A program made the position numbers and the translations under genes. The notes beneath the pieces are model-generated. The model was not told where the DNA came from and did no database searches. It saw nothing but the letters and a program-made list of their open reading frames with translations. A stretch of DNA of 56,799 nucleotides, the filler included, from Streblomastix strix (Eukaryota): NCBI GenBank assembly GCA_008636045.1. It is 3 parts of 3 records of this genome, joined end to end, with 100 filler letters (N's around TTAATTAATTAA, not from the genome) between each part and the next. Parts side by side here need not be neighbours in the genome. Positions count along the whole stretch, not along the records: positions 1 to 18,873 come from SNRW01000568.1; 2 more parts are not named here. The stretch is one strand, 5' to 3'. This document shows, piece by piece, positions 1 through 11,428 of this stretch (within the stretch, counting starts at the first letter, position 1; every line of letters starts with the position of its first letter).

Positions 1-875
1 TATCATTCCAGCAATGTTTACTGATGGACGATGTCTCTTCAGACATTAATCTGAATATTTTGGAGAATTTAAGATCATTACATTTTCCTTTGTTGAAAAT
101 AAAGGGAAATAAATCAAAAATAATAAAATCATGTTTTTATTAAATGTTTATAGAATAAAATTTAAATTTTAGTTGCTAAAAATAATTATTAATGCTATTT
201 AAAGTAATTTTATTGAATTTATAAATAAATTATTTTTATACTAGTGGGAAAAACCGAACCTTTAGTTGAAATTAAATTGTAAATAATTCCACGCGCTCGA
301 TTCCAATCGGTGATTAAAATTATTATATTATAAGTATAAATTATTTTATATAGTATTTTTGCTTTTATATCCAAAATATAACAACATCCGCATTTTTCCT
401 TCTAATACTAAAAAATTTCAAATTTCCACATTGTTAAATTAACTTAATTCCAATAATTATAATTTTCTTAATTAAAATATATAATTTTCATGATTTTATA
501 CTCAAATATTTCATATTTAATCTTAAATATAACATTTTTTCCAACTAAATTAATTTTATTAATTTTAAACTTGCTATAACTTAAGTATTGAGTTATAAAT
601 TTATTTTTTATTTTTAAATTTCATGTATAATATTATTTTAAATCATTTTTAATTTAAAAATTATACTTTTTATCTAGGATAGTATGAGAATAATTGTGAA
701 AAAAAAATTAGACAAAAAATAAATGAAATGCAAGTAAATCGCTATAAGATAACCAATAAAGAAAAAAATATTTTGATTTGATCTGAAATATATGAATCAT
801 TTTTTGTTGTTGTTTTGGTTTGATTTAAATCCAACTTCTTCCAGATAATCCTTAGATAAATGATGAGGCTGAACA

Positions 876-1226
876 ATGTCTGAAGAGCAAATGATTGAAA
901 ATGTATTTGGATACATAAGAGATTTGACTGAACATAAATAAAGATTATTTGATGTTCTTTTTGATATTCCATCAACACCAAATTAATCATAATCATCATC
1001 ATCATTAACTCCAATTGAAGAAATTAAAGGAAGTGAAAACCAACTAATTAATATAAATTAGGATCTGGTTAGACAGGGTTATGCTCGATACGATGATGTG
1101 TATGCACATAAATACAAAAGAAGAGAATTAGAAGAATATATTGAAGCTGAAAATCATGCACGTGAAACTCATAAAGAGTCATTGCTATATGATGACTTTC
1201 ATGATAAAGAAGATGAAAATAGATGA
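876..1226 (+). pseudogene. C-terminal remnant of a Tudor-staphylococcal nuclease (SND1-like) host gene
   Basis: With TAR=Gln it reads ...INQDLVRQGYARY...EEYIEAENHARETHKESLLYDDFHDKEDENR-TGA, resembling the last SN domain of Tudor-SN (LV..G.A...Y..A...A......W.YGDF). The WxYGD motif is eroded and no intact upstream part is visible. Confidence 0.6.
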
Positions 1227-1271
1227 GAAGACGCATAGATCCAAGTACAAACGAGTTTTTCATGTTATATA

Positions 1272-1521
1272 AGTAGTATATATAATGGTGATTTATGCCC
1301 CAACTTCAAAAAGTATTACGTTTTATAAAAATTTCCTACTCCTTCATTTTCTAAGCTTTTGGCCTTACAATTTATAAAATTTTCTCACAGCTGGCTAACG
1401 CCTTTGTTCGAAAATATTATTTCATTTGTTAGACCATCACTTAAAAAAAAGAACTTGCGTGGTTTTTTATAAATTCTAATACTTTTTGAAGTTATTGCAT
1501 AAATTCCCATCATATACTACT
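1272..1521. repeat. 250-bp fold-back cassette with AGTAGT...ACTACT ends (about 60-bp imperfect inverted repeat)
   Basis: AGTAGTATATATAATGGTGATTTATGCCCCAACTTCAAAAAGTATTA at 1272 matches the reverse complement of TAATACTTTTTGAAGTTATTGCATAAATTCCCATCATATACTACT ending at 1521. Confidence 0.9.
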
Positions 1522-1730
1522 TTTTTGTTAAAAAATATTGGAAACTAATGTGCAAAATAAATAATGAATATCAACCCCCCATATAAAATAATTAAAATAA
1601 ATAATTAACGGTTAAAAAAGCTTTTTAAAAAAATATCTCCAATAAGTCCCCCATGAATTTATAATAATATATAACAACAAATAATGGATACACATAATTT
1701 TAGTAATAATTTTAGCATGATGTTTTAACA

Positions 1731-1845
1731 AAAAATGTCATAGCCACGGACCGTTCCAGGTTTTTTATCAAAAATGCCTTCATCTGTTCCGATTGTTCCG
1801 GGTAAAAAATGTTCTATGAAAAATGCAAGTCGAGCTGACAAAAAT
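1731..1845 (+). repeat. Degenerate intergenic modular repeat (TGTTCCG box + AGTCGA box)
   Basis: TCTGTTCCGATTGTTCCGGGTAAAAAATGTTCTATGAAAAATGCAAGTCGA shares the TTCTATGAAAAATG..AGTCGA core with the copies at 38740, 46301 and 50249, and the TGTTCCG repeats with 50781 and 55601. Confidence 0.65.
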
Positions 1846-1902
1846 TTGTTCTTGATGAATGTCTTATATAATTGGGATAAAATAATTTAAAATTAATTAT
1901 TA

Positions 1903-2592
1903 TCAATTATTTAGTTCATTTTCGCTAAATTTTTATTCTTGTTAATAATTTTATTCTATAGGCTCTTGTTGTATCTCTTGTTATTCTTCTGGTTTTTCAA
2001 TTTATTATTTTGGTTGTTTATAGCGTTTTACTTTTTACTTGTATTTCTCTATTTATTTTATAGCGTCTTAATGCGATTTCTTTATAAAATTATTTTCAGT
2101 TCTTAAACGTATTAATTCTTCCAAATCAAGTTATGGATTAATATAGTTGATTTATGGCTATTTTGATGCTTTTATAACTCTTTTTTGTGGTTGCTTAACC
2201 ATACGTGAATGTTTTATTGGTCTTTCGATTCTCTCAACCCGTTGGTTTTCCGGTATTTCGCTTTGGCTAATTGTTTCATCATCGCTTTCATTCATATCTT
2301 ACTGTATATCTCGGTGGCTTTCCTCCTATTATTCATAATTTATAAAATATTCTTCAACATTTACTTCTTATTTTTATACAGACTAATTTGATGGTTTTTT
2401 CTTTATTTCTCCATCTCCACGAGCTTATAGTAATAGCTTATTTTATTATGTTTGTGTTAATTTTCGTAGTTGTTTTTTGCCATCTTCATATACCTTTATT
2501 TGCTTGTTAATCTATACCGCATAACCCTTATCAAAGTATTCAATATTTGTCCCATTTTCAATCAAATTCTTAAGTGCATGCGATAATTCCAT
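1903..2592 (-). CDS. Hypothetical viral protein, 229 aa, Q/E/K-rich
   Basis: Open ATG-to-TGA frame with TAR=Gln (MELSHALKNLIENGTNIEYFDKG...). Confidence 0.7.
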
Positions 2593-2616
2593 TTTAATAT
2601 TTTAAAAATTAATAAA

Positions 2617-3309
2617 ATGATTAAGGGTATTGAAAGAAATCAAGTAAGAATGTCGAAGAGTAAGAAATAAATGGCTGATATTAAGAAAAAAGATCTTACG
2701 GATGAGGATGAAATTAGTCTCTAAATAATCGATGAGGCCATTAATCGTATAAAAATAATGCCAACAGACTAAGAAACTGCACAATAAAAACCTTTTGAAA
2801 ATTAGAACGGAAACGTACCACATAAAAAGTATATCATAAGTAAGTATAAAGAAGTAGATAGAACAACGACATAAGTATAACCGGAAGAGGCGATACAATA
2901 GTTAGCAGAAGAATAGCCAAAAAGTATATATCTTTCACATTCGAATCTAATATTTAAAAAGTTTGTAGTCGACGTTATTTGGCGCACCATTACCCACAGA
3001 TAACGAGGAGATGATTTTGTTTTTTCATCTGATAATTTTATAAAATTTTGGGCACTAATCATATAGAATGATGATAATGATGTTGAAATAGTGTTGAAGG
3101 AAGCAATTTTATAACCACATACTTGTATTCCTAAAAAGAACAAGAAAAAGGATCTTATTAGAGTATAAGATATTTTAATAAAAAATGTATCTGTAAAAGT
3201 GTTGGATAATGTGCTATATAATTCTATTGAAAAATTTTATCGAGTAAATTGCGACTTCATTCGTTTAAGCGAAGCACCAGAGGTAGAAATTACAGATAAT
3301 GATTTTTGA
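2617..3309 (+). CDS. Hypothetical viral protein, 230 aa
   Basis: Open ATG-to-TGA frame with TAR=Gln (MIKGIERNQVRMSK...EVEITDNDF), divergent from the previous gene across a 24-bp spacer. Confidence 0.7.
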
Positions 3310-3347
3310 GTTTATAATTACTTTTAATTTTTTTATCTATTATAAAA

Positions 3348-3908
3348 ATGGAAGAAATAAATGTCTTTATTCCTTTAGTCGAAGATAATGATTATGAAAT
3401 ATTGAATGTGCAACCATATACTATTCGTAATATTTCAAATAGATTTATACCTTAAATATAGTTTATAAAATAATTAGGATATAATCTTATTAAATTAAAC
3501 GGTAAAAATCATTAATACCATCGTGTTTTAGCTATTTAATTCCTACCAAATCCCGATAACTTACCCGAAATTGATCATAAGAACCATATTAAAAATGATA
3601 ACAGACTTGAAAATTTACGTTGAGTAAGTAAATCAGATAATTAAAAAAATTTACCTGGTCATGGGAACATATTTGAATATTTAGATGAATTACCAGAAGG
3701 TAGTTAAAGACTTGATTTATATAATGCGCATGACTTAGAAGGTTACAGTTTTGACTAAGATTTTAATGTGTATTATCTCAATGGTCTTAAGTTTCGAAAA
3801 TTACATGTAATTACCAAATATTAATACTAATACGTATGGGTGTATGACATTAATACTAAACATGTTGTAATCAATCTAAATAAGCTATGAAATGGAAATT
3901 ACGAATGA
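3348..3908 (+). pseudogene. HNH homing-type endonuclease, disrupted
   Basis: YHRVLAIQFLPNPDNLPEIDHKNHIKNDNRLENLR*VS is the classic HNH motif. In-frame TGA at the conserved Trp (3621) and again at 3888. Confidence 0.85.
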
Positions 3909-3935
3909 TTCAGCGAATTATTTTTAGAGTAATAA

Positions 3936-4694
3936 ATGGCAGAACCTTTAACTTCTTATTCATCACATCTTGATGAAGATGATTTAAAAAACTAGTCGGA
4001 AGAATAAAAATTACTATAAAAAATATAAGAAAAATAACAAAATTAAACTAGATAAAAAAATACTCTATTATAAATAGTAGATAACGAAATTATTAAGTAT
4101 TTCAATTATTTGAGTCAATTTTTCAGGAATTCAATTGATTATGTAAATTTACGCACTAATCAAACAATAGAAGGAGTCAAAACGTTTTTATAACCTATAG
4201 TTGCTGAAAAATTCGTTAAAAATAATGGTGCAAGCAATCAAATTTTACTCGCTAATGGTGATACTATTGATAAAGACAAATTAGACTATGAACCTATTGA
4301 AAATGCAACATAAAAATCAATTGCTTATGGAATGTATGAACATTTAATTTGGGGCACATTAACAACTTAAAATAGTCGAGTATATATATCTCTTTAAATA
4401 ACTCATTCAGATCCAAATACATTAACAGAATCAAATTATACTATGTTTTCAATTATAAATAACGCCATAAAGCCAAAATTTTCAGGTACCCCACATAATA
4501 TTCCCATTAATGCTGTTATGTTTGCGTGAAAGGTATTAGGTTATCCAATATGCAGGTATGGAGCAATTCCTATAGATTGCTTCATAAATCCTAATGGAAA
4601 TATAATAATAAATACAATGTGTTAGATTCATTTACCTAAAGAATTTTGCATATAGTTTTGCGATTCATATGTTATTCATAATTAATCATCTTGA
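3936..4694 (+). pseudogene. Short fibre-like protein
   Basis: Contains NQTIEGVKTF and FVKNNGASNQILLANG, which resemble phage tail-fibre shaft repeats and recur in the other fibre genes here. One in-frame TGA at 4527. Confidence 0.6.
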
Positions 4695-4885
4695 CATTTT
4701 AAAAATAATTAAATGGTTCCCTTCGGTCAAGCAAGTAATGGATTCAATTGAAACTATTATTTATTCCTTTGAATAATTAAATATAAATTGGCATGCTATC
4801 TTTAAGACTATTTGAGAAGCAGCAATCAAATATGCTTTAGAATCGAAAATTTGCCGGTGAAAAATTTAATTTTATTTTTATAAAA

Positions 4886-5026
4886 ATGATTTGGGAAATA
4901 ATAACTAGTATATCATTAATGGTTATAGCTTGTAATAATTTACTTGGTAGTATATTAGTGATAGCATAAATAAAAATGGATAGCGAAGAAATTAACGAAG
5001 AGGTTAGAAATTAAATATATGGTTGA
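4886..5026 (+). CDS. Small putative membrane protein, 46 aa
   Basis: MIWEIITSISLMVIACNNLLGSILVIAQIKMDSEEINEEVRNQIYG: hydrophobic N-terminus, acidic tail, TAAAAATG start context. Confidence 0.45.
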
Positions 5027-5100
5027 TAGGAAAAATAAATAAAAATAATGAAAAAATAATTATTTTTGGTTTCGGTTTCCCTCAATGGACTTTGTCCTTT

Positions 5101-7070
5101 TCATCCGCTCCTAATTGATAAACCGCCTATCCCTCCAATAACATCCATACTTAATACTTATGGGTCTGGGTTATCATCAAAAGTTATACGAATAATTGCA
5201 TCACTTAAATAGTGCATGATAGGTGTTAACGCTACCTGATATGGATCTGGATAGCTTCGCATAGCAATAAATTGCTTAAAATCATTCTAATTCTATGAAA
5301 AAAATAGTTGTGTTGTATCTATAATTCCTTTAGTCAAATTTCCGTTTAAAATTACTAATAAATTTGTCTTATCACCAATTTTTGAAGAGTTATAGCCACA
5401 CATAAAAGAGTCATCAGTTGCCTTCTTCCATGCCAACATATACTTATTTGGGTATAATATTTTTGTGGCTTTACTTCCATTGAATAATATTGTATGATAA
5501 AATATATTAGCATTTTTTAATACATCAGCAGCATCAACATATCCATAAAAACTGTTTTTCTCATCAACATTTACATTTTCAAAAGTATGTGAGTGGTGTA
5601 GGTCTGATGGAGCACCTACAACATCATAATCGACAAAACAATCAAACATTTAGCTATTAGTTATTTGGGTCAGTGCTTTATACGGTTATGGTATTAAATT
5701 CTTTTAATCAACAACCAAATTAAAGTTATAAAATAGTATAGGGAAAAACCAAGTAGGATATTGTGGCATGGCAAATGTCATGAATAGTGCCTTTATATTA
5801 GCAAATGACATTATACATTAGATACTACCAGAAACAACCTAAAAACCACTGAAGGGGAAATTAGAAGATTATGACCTTATAACTTGTGCAAGGAAATTTA
5901 TTATTCTATATGCTTATATCATCTGAATAATTGCCTCTTCATTTACTATATTAAAACACACATTTTATATTTCGAGCTCTTCGAATTTAGCATCTGATAT
6001 TTAACTAATGGAAATTTATGGTACTGTTACATCATTTGCAACATTTTATATATTAACTAGCCTAATAGCATATTATTCATATGATAGTGGTTTCGCTACA
6101 TTTTCATTTAATAAATAAACGACATCTGGTTTCTCTAGCGGAATCATTGTATATGCCAAATGACGGTTTAAAATAGAATCGGATTTATTTAGCCACACAA
6201 TTTTTAAATCCTAAAGGAAATCCTATACACATAGCTATAAGTATAATGATGCATAATTTCTTGTTAGTACGACGAATGAGTTAAAAATTGGGTTTAATTA
6301 GTTCAAATCTAATACACCACTAAAAGTTATTTCATATGGAATCAGATAAAAAAATGGGGTATCTGCTGCTGCTTTATCTATTTTACTAAGTGGTATATCA
6401 ATAAATACACCACAATGACGCTTGCCAGCAATGATGGACTCGAGTGGTGAGACACTGACGAATTATTAGTGCATAAATCTGTTAATGAATTTGAATAATT
6501 AACTGCTTACTCTGTTGCATATATTGCTGTATTCCATAAGTTTTAAGCATCTCGTAATATTGCAAACTAATTAAAGGGTCCGCAAGCAGTGGAGAAACCA
6601 AGCCAAAACTTCTGGTTTTCGCTATTATCTGGACCATCAGCAGTTTTACCGTAATAATTTTAATTCTCTTATTCCATATTCCTGGTATTTGGTGCTATTA
6701 GGTTAGCCACTGCATTAAAATTAACCCTTGCTTATATTTATCTCTCAATCGCGCCTCGAATTTCACACCTATTTAATTATATGACTGATATATTTGCGGG
6801 GATTGTTATAGTCCAATTTACTTGGCATGTTTAAACCATTGAACAAGTTGCTGTTCCTCTAGCAGCCATCGGGGCACGTGTATATCTAACACCTGAAGAT
6901 GTAAGTTAATTTACTGGCTAGTCAAAAAATTATTGCTTAGAAATTGCGAAGGATTAGGCATGAATTGATAGTGTTTTTAACACCTCACCAAGTTGCATGT
7001 ATCCATTAATGTAATCGGAGAGTTGCATTTTGGATAGTCTTTAAATGTAATCGCTTGCATTGAACGACAT
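5101..7070 (-). pseudogene. Probable double-jelly-roll major capsid protein (about 655 aa), one frameshift near 6460
   Basis: Long beta-rich frame with TAR=Gln (MSFNASDY...LNPIFNSFVVLTRNYASLYLQL...LTPIMHYLSDAIIRITFD). Size, composition and context among ATPase, pPolB and fibre genes fit a capsid. The fold assignment is inference. Confidence 0.6.
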
Positions 7071-7094
7071 TTTATTATTTTTAAAAATAAATAA

Positions 7095-7301
7095 ATGAAA
7101 TTTTTCAGTGGTATAGCAAACATTGGAAGTAAAATTTTGGGAGGTATTAAACATGCTGCTTAATGGGTAGCACCAACTCTTCATGAAGTACTATCAACAA
7201 TTTCAGGCCCTATAGGAATGATACACCCAGGAATTGGTGGGGCATTAGGTGCTCCGGCTAACCTTGCAGGAGCTGTGAATCGACTCGTAAATAAGCGTTG
7301 A
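7095..7301 (+). CDS. Small Gly/Ala-rich amphipathic protein, 68 aa (candidate virion membrane-active peptide)
   Basis: MKFFSGIANIGSKILGGIKHAAQWVAPTLHEVLSTISGPIGMIHPGIGGALGAPANLAGAVNRLVNKR. Intact, divergent from the capsid gene. Confidence 0.75.
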
Positions 7302-7354
7302 TGTTGCATAATTAATGTTTTGCATTCCTTTTTCATTATTTTTGTATAATTAAA

Positions 7355-9234
7355 ATGATTACCTAAAATAATCCGTTAACACTGCAACAAATCCGAATAG
7401 TTCGTTAGCTTATCACTAATGATATAGCAAATTATATACACTACCAAAAAAGGGGAAGCTCTTGCGGTGGAATATTGCAAAATGATGAATATTAACTGTT
7501 TATAGATAATGACAATGCACTAGTATATGCAGCTAAGAACTAAATAGTTGATGGTTATGCTACTGATTACGTACTCAAAATAGCACCAAATGGACTATTA
7601 ACAATAAAGAATTTAAAAGTAATAAACTTTGATTTTGTTGTATAATTTGATCAGTTAATTAATGAAGTAAATTAATTGTAGTCATCAATTGGAGGGGTAG
7701 AGTAAGATATTGATGGAATAAAAAGTGATATATAAACTATTTAGTAAGAACTAGCCTGATAAATACATTTTAGAGGCTATTATTTGTTGAATAGTGTAAT
7801 ATAAAATTTGCCTAATTCCGCAAGTGGTGATTTTGCTTTTAGTGCAGAAAGTGGAACAGTATGAATGTATGAAACTGAATGGTATAATAGTGGTGATATA
7901 GTACCTGATTAGGTAACCCCTGCCTGTGATGCGATACCATTAAACTCTGTTGTAAATGGTAGTGTAGGAACTAGTAATGAATATGCAACAGGAGACCATT
8001 AACATCCTTTATAAGTTTCAACTGTTTTACCTGCAAAAGATACTGCAAATGGTGAGGCAGGAGTTGCTGCCACATATGCCAGGTGAACCATACACATCAT
8101 GTAAATCTAAGTAATGATATACCCCTAAAAGATACAGGAAGTGGAACAGCTGGAGCATCTAACGTATATTCTAGTGCAACATATTAACATCTATTATATA
8201 TTGATCCAACTACTGCAAATGTTCCGATAGTAAATGCTACTGCTGCGGCTAATGGTACGAGTGATTTTTATAGTAGAAATGACCATGTTCATCCATGACA
8301 ATTAACTTATGATAGAAATATTACAGCTACAAAATTTAATAAGACTGGAGGAATGGCTACTGAAATACTTTGTGCCAATGGCAATACAACATCGGATTTT
8401 GTTATAGAAGCAACAACTTTAACAATTACAGGCACGAAAATATTTAATAATTACATTACAGCGGCAGGTTATAAAATTGCTAATGGAACAAATTAATTAA
8501 TGTTAATGGCAGATGGATCAACGAAACCATTTACATTTACAGATTAAGAATTTTATATCACTGGATCTATATAATATTTTAAATTATAAATGTTTGGTGC
8601 TTATACTACTCCAACTGACGTATCAGTCGAATTTACATGTAAGTGTCGCATCTGGTTTGGATTAATATAGTTTAATTAGATTTATACAAGTGATGGAATA
8701 GGAACATATTAATACAAACTTTAATTTAATATGTCTTATGGAATGGATGTGTGTAATATAATATATTTTGGTACAGGTGCTAATAGATATGGTGAATTAT
8801 AGGCACGAGTATTAATGTGGTCTAACTAATTAATCTTCCAATAAATAAATTAGGATATGGAAATAGAATCATTAATGGACGTTCTTAATAATGAAATGTA
8901 GCCATAACTTCCAAGTGGTGCCAGTAGTAGCACAGCATTATTTGCGAATTAGTTTAATTCAGCAGTAAATATAAGTAATAATTTGAATGATAATAGAGCA
9001 GGTTTAAGAATAGCACGATAAGCAAATGGTGCTGGAATTTATTTAAGAACTAAGCTAGCAACAGACGGAGGAACAACTGCAGGCTAATGGAATATTATTA
9101 CAACACCAGAAAATTCAACGTAAAATCCATTAGGTTTTACAATTTGTTTGGGGCCTGACGCAACATCAAATAATCGAGGATTACGAATTAGTGCCGATGG
9201 AAATACTTTAACATTTAATGGTAGAACATTATGA
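7355..9234 (+). pseudogene. Long fibre-like protein
   Basis: Coiled coil, then repeated G.S..YA..DH.HP motifs, TITGTKIF, NGTNQLMLMADG and C-terminal GLRISADGNTLTFNGRTL. In-frame TGA at 7757, 7862 and 8296, frameshift near 8085. Confidence 0.7.
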
Positions 9235-9275
9235 TTCTATTCATTCATGTCATGCAACAATTTATTTTTAAATAA

Positions 9276-9731
9276 ATGGCTTCATGCAAAGGCCCTATAA
9301 AATAGCTCTTTAATGAAGTAATTAAGTGAAATTTTGAAAGTGATGATTCGATAAAAGCAACAATTGACGCACTATAAAAATTGTTAATAAAAGATAAAGA
9401 AATAATACAGCACCCATAACTCTAAGAACTAACAAGAATAAACAAATAGCTCATGAATTAATAAAACAAATTACAGCATATAAAGCGGTATGTTGATGAA
9501 GAAGATTATAAAAATAAGCTGTTCAACGAGTAAGAAAAATATTATAAAAATAAATATAATTTTATTAAAATTAACTGGATTAAAACAATTAGCCATAACA
9601 AATAAAAAAAGTATATTATATCTGAAGCAAATGAGTAGGAAAAATAAATGTATAATGACTTCATTAATGATATATAAAATAGTAGTTTGGTCAATTATTA
9701 TCAGATGAATTTAAACTAATCAATAAATTGA
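9276..9731 (+). pseudogene. Hypothetical helical viral protein with one in-frame TGA
   Basis: AAATAAATG start context. MASCKGPIKQLFNEVIK*NFES... then open to the TGA at 9729. Confidence 0.45.
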
Positions 9732-9958
9732 GGTGTTGAATATATTTTATTATTTCCACTGTTTTGTCCTGCAAAGATTCGAGAAATGAATAATGACTTT
9801 AAAATTAATGGAATATTTATTTTTCTTGTTCATTCATATCATTATTTTTTATTAATGCTTTAAATATTTTGGATATCTCATAGTCCGTAGCATTAAATTA
9901 TAGGCCAATGTTTGTGGCTAATTAATACAATTAATCCATTTATTTACATACAAAATAA

Positions 9959-10975
9959 TCAATTTCGCAATATTTCATACTTGCTGAAAAGCTTGTTTAA
10001 AATAATAAATTCATATTTTTACAATATAGAATATAATAGTAAAAACTCTTCAAAATCAAGGTTTTATATTGGGTTTTCATCATATATTTGTTTTAAATCA
10101 TTTTGTCCAAGATTATCCCTTAAAGCAATTATATGGGATAATATCCTTGCAGTTTTAAACAAATAACTTGGTCTTTATGCTATGAAAAATATGGTATTTT
10201 TCGAATGTCTTGAATCACTAACCAAATGGGTAATTGATTTAGCAAGTGAAGAATTAAAACGTTGGATATCGGCATTACTTCCAATATCGTCAAAAAGCAT
10301 CAGTGTATTTAACAATTAAGCTTTAAAAAGTAATGGTATTTTCATTATTTTTATATCTGCTGTTTGTTTATCGTCTATCACTTTCATTTTCTTTTCATAG
10401 CTAATAATTTTTATAAGTGTTGGAATATCAAACCGTAATATTTTAAATGGCTAGCTATATTTATTTATGGTTTCAATAACATATTATTTGAATAAATCAG
10501 CTATTCGTTTTAAATATATTTCTGGCTTTTCATTGGTTTTAGCTTCATTTTATTATATTATTTTTTCTTCGACTCTTTTTATAAAATCACTAGTATATTA
10601 GAAACCTTACTCATATAATTTATACTAAGTATATACCTCTTTAGTTGAATATTTTATTTCATCAAATTCTGGTAAAAACAACATTGCTTCACCATATGTT
10701 ATATTTGTTAATGATATGTTTTTACTTTTAAGATTTAATGCAATTGTCTTGTCAGCACCAAAATTTGAAAAGTATAATATAAATAAATTGATTACTTTTT
10801 AGTATATTACAATAAGCTTGGACATTAATGTTGTTTTACCTAAACCAACAGCCCCAACAATATTATGGTTTCCATTAACGAGGAATAAGGAGTTTTTGGT
10901 AAGTGGACGAGTTTTATATTCGTTTAGAAAATCCTTATTTGAAAATGTTATGTTTTGTATCTCTTGCAGTGTCAT
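9959..10975 (-). CDS. A32/FtsK-like genome packaging ATPase, 338 aa
   Basis: Walker A NIVGAVGLGKTT, Walker B LMLFDD and the SRHSKNTIFFIAQ motif typical of A32-family ATPases. Frame intact with TAR=Gln. Confidence 0.88.
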
Positions 10976-11428
10976 GTTTTTAAAAATAATAAAATGAATA
11001 TTATAAATATTTTAATGGGCATAATGAATTACATATTTTATGGCGTTAATTTTAATATATCTGTTTTATCGGTATCAATACTTGAACAATTAACCGATAC
11101 AGTAAATTTAATTTAAAAATTATGGGGCTATTTTGATATAATACTTATACCACTAAATATAGCGGTTTATCTTATCTAATTTTTTTATAAAAGAAAAATG
11201 GAACCAGGACGACGTAGTCGGACGCAAACAATTAGTGATAATGATTAGTCGGGCGGCTCATTGCCTCGCCTTAGTCATTGGTCATAGCTAACAGTTGAAT
11301 AAATTGAACAATTTTTTGAATGATACCATTATTAGTAAAGACATGGAATTAGCGTAGCATTTTCGCTATATTTTATACCATAAACTATTAAATTTGCCAT
11401 AAAAATAACGGATTTGATTTTTATTTTT

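Noticed and set aside
742..1263. Most short ORFs in the supplied track
   Set aside because: They were called with the standard code. Many are antisense or off-frame shadows of real TAR=Gln genes or AT-rich noise.
3621..3623. TGA reassigned to Trp (all three stops recoded)
   Set aside because: In-frame TGA also replaces Gly, Cys and other residues. The same genes carry frameshifts and dead catalytic sites, one matching Trp site became TAG instead, and intact DIRS, ATPase and helicase ORFs use TGG and end at TGA.
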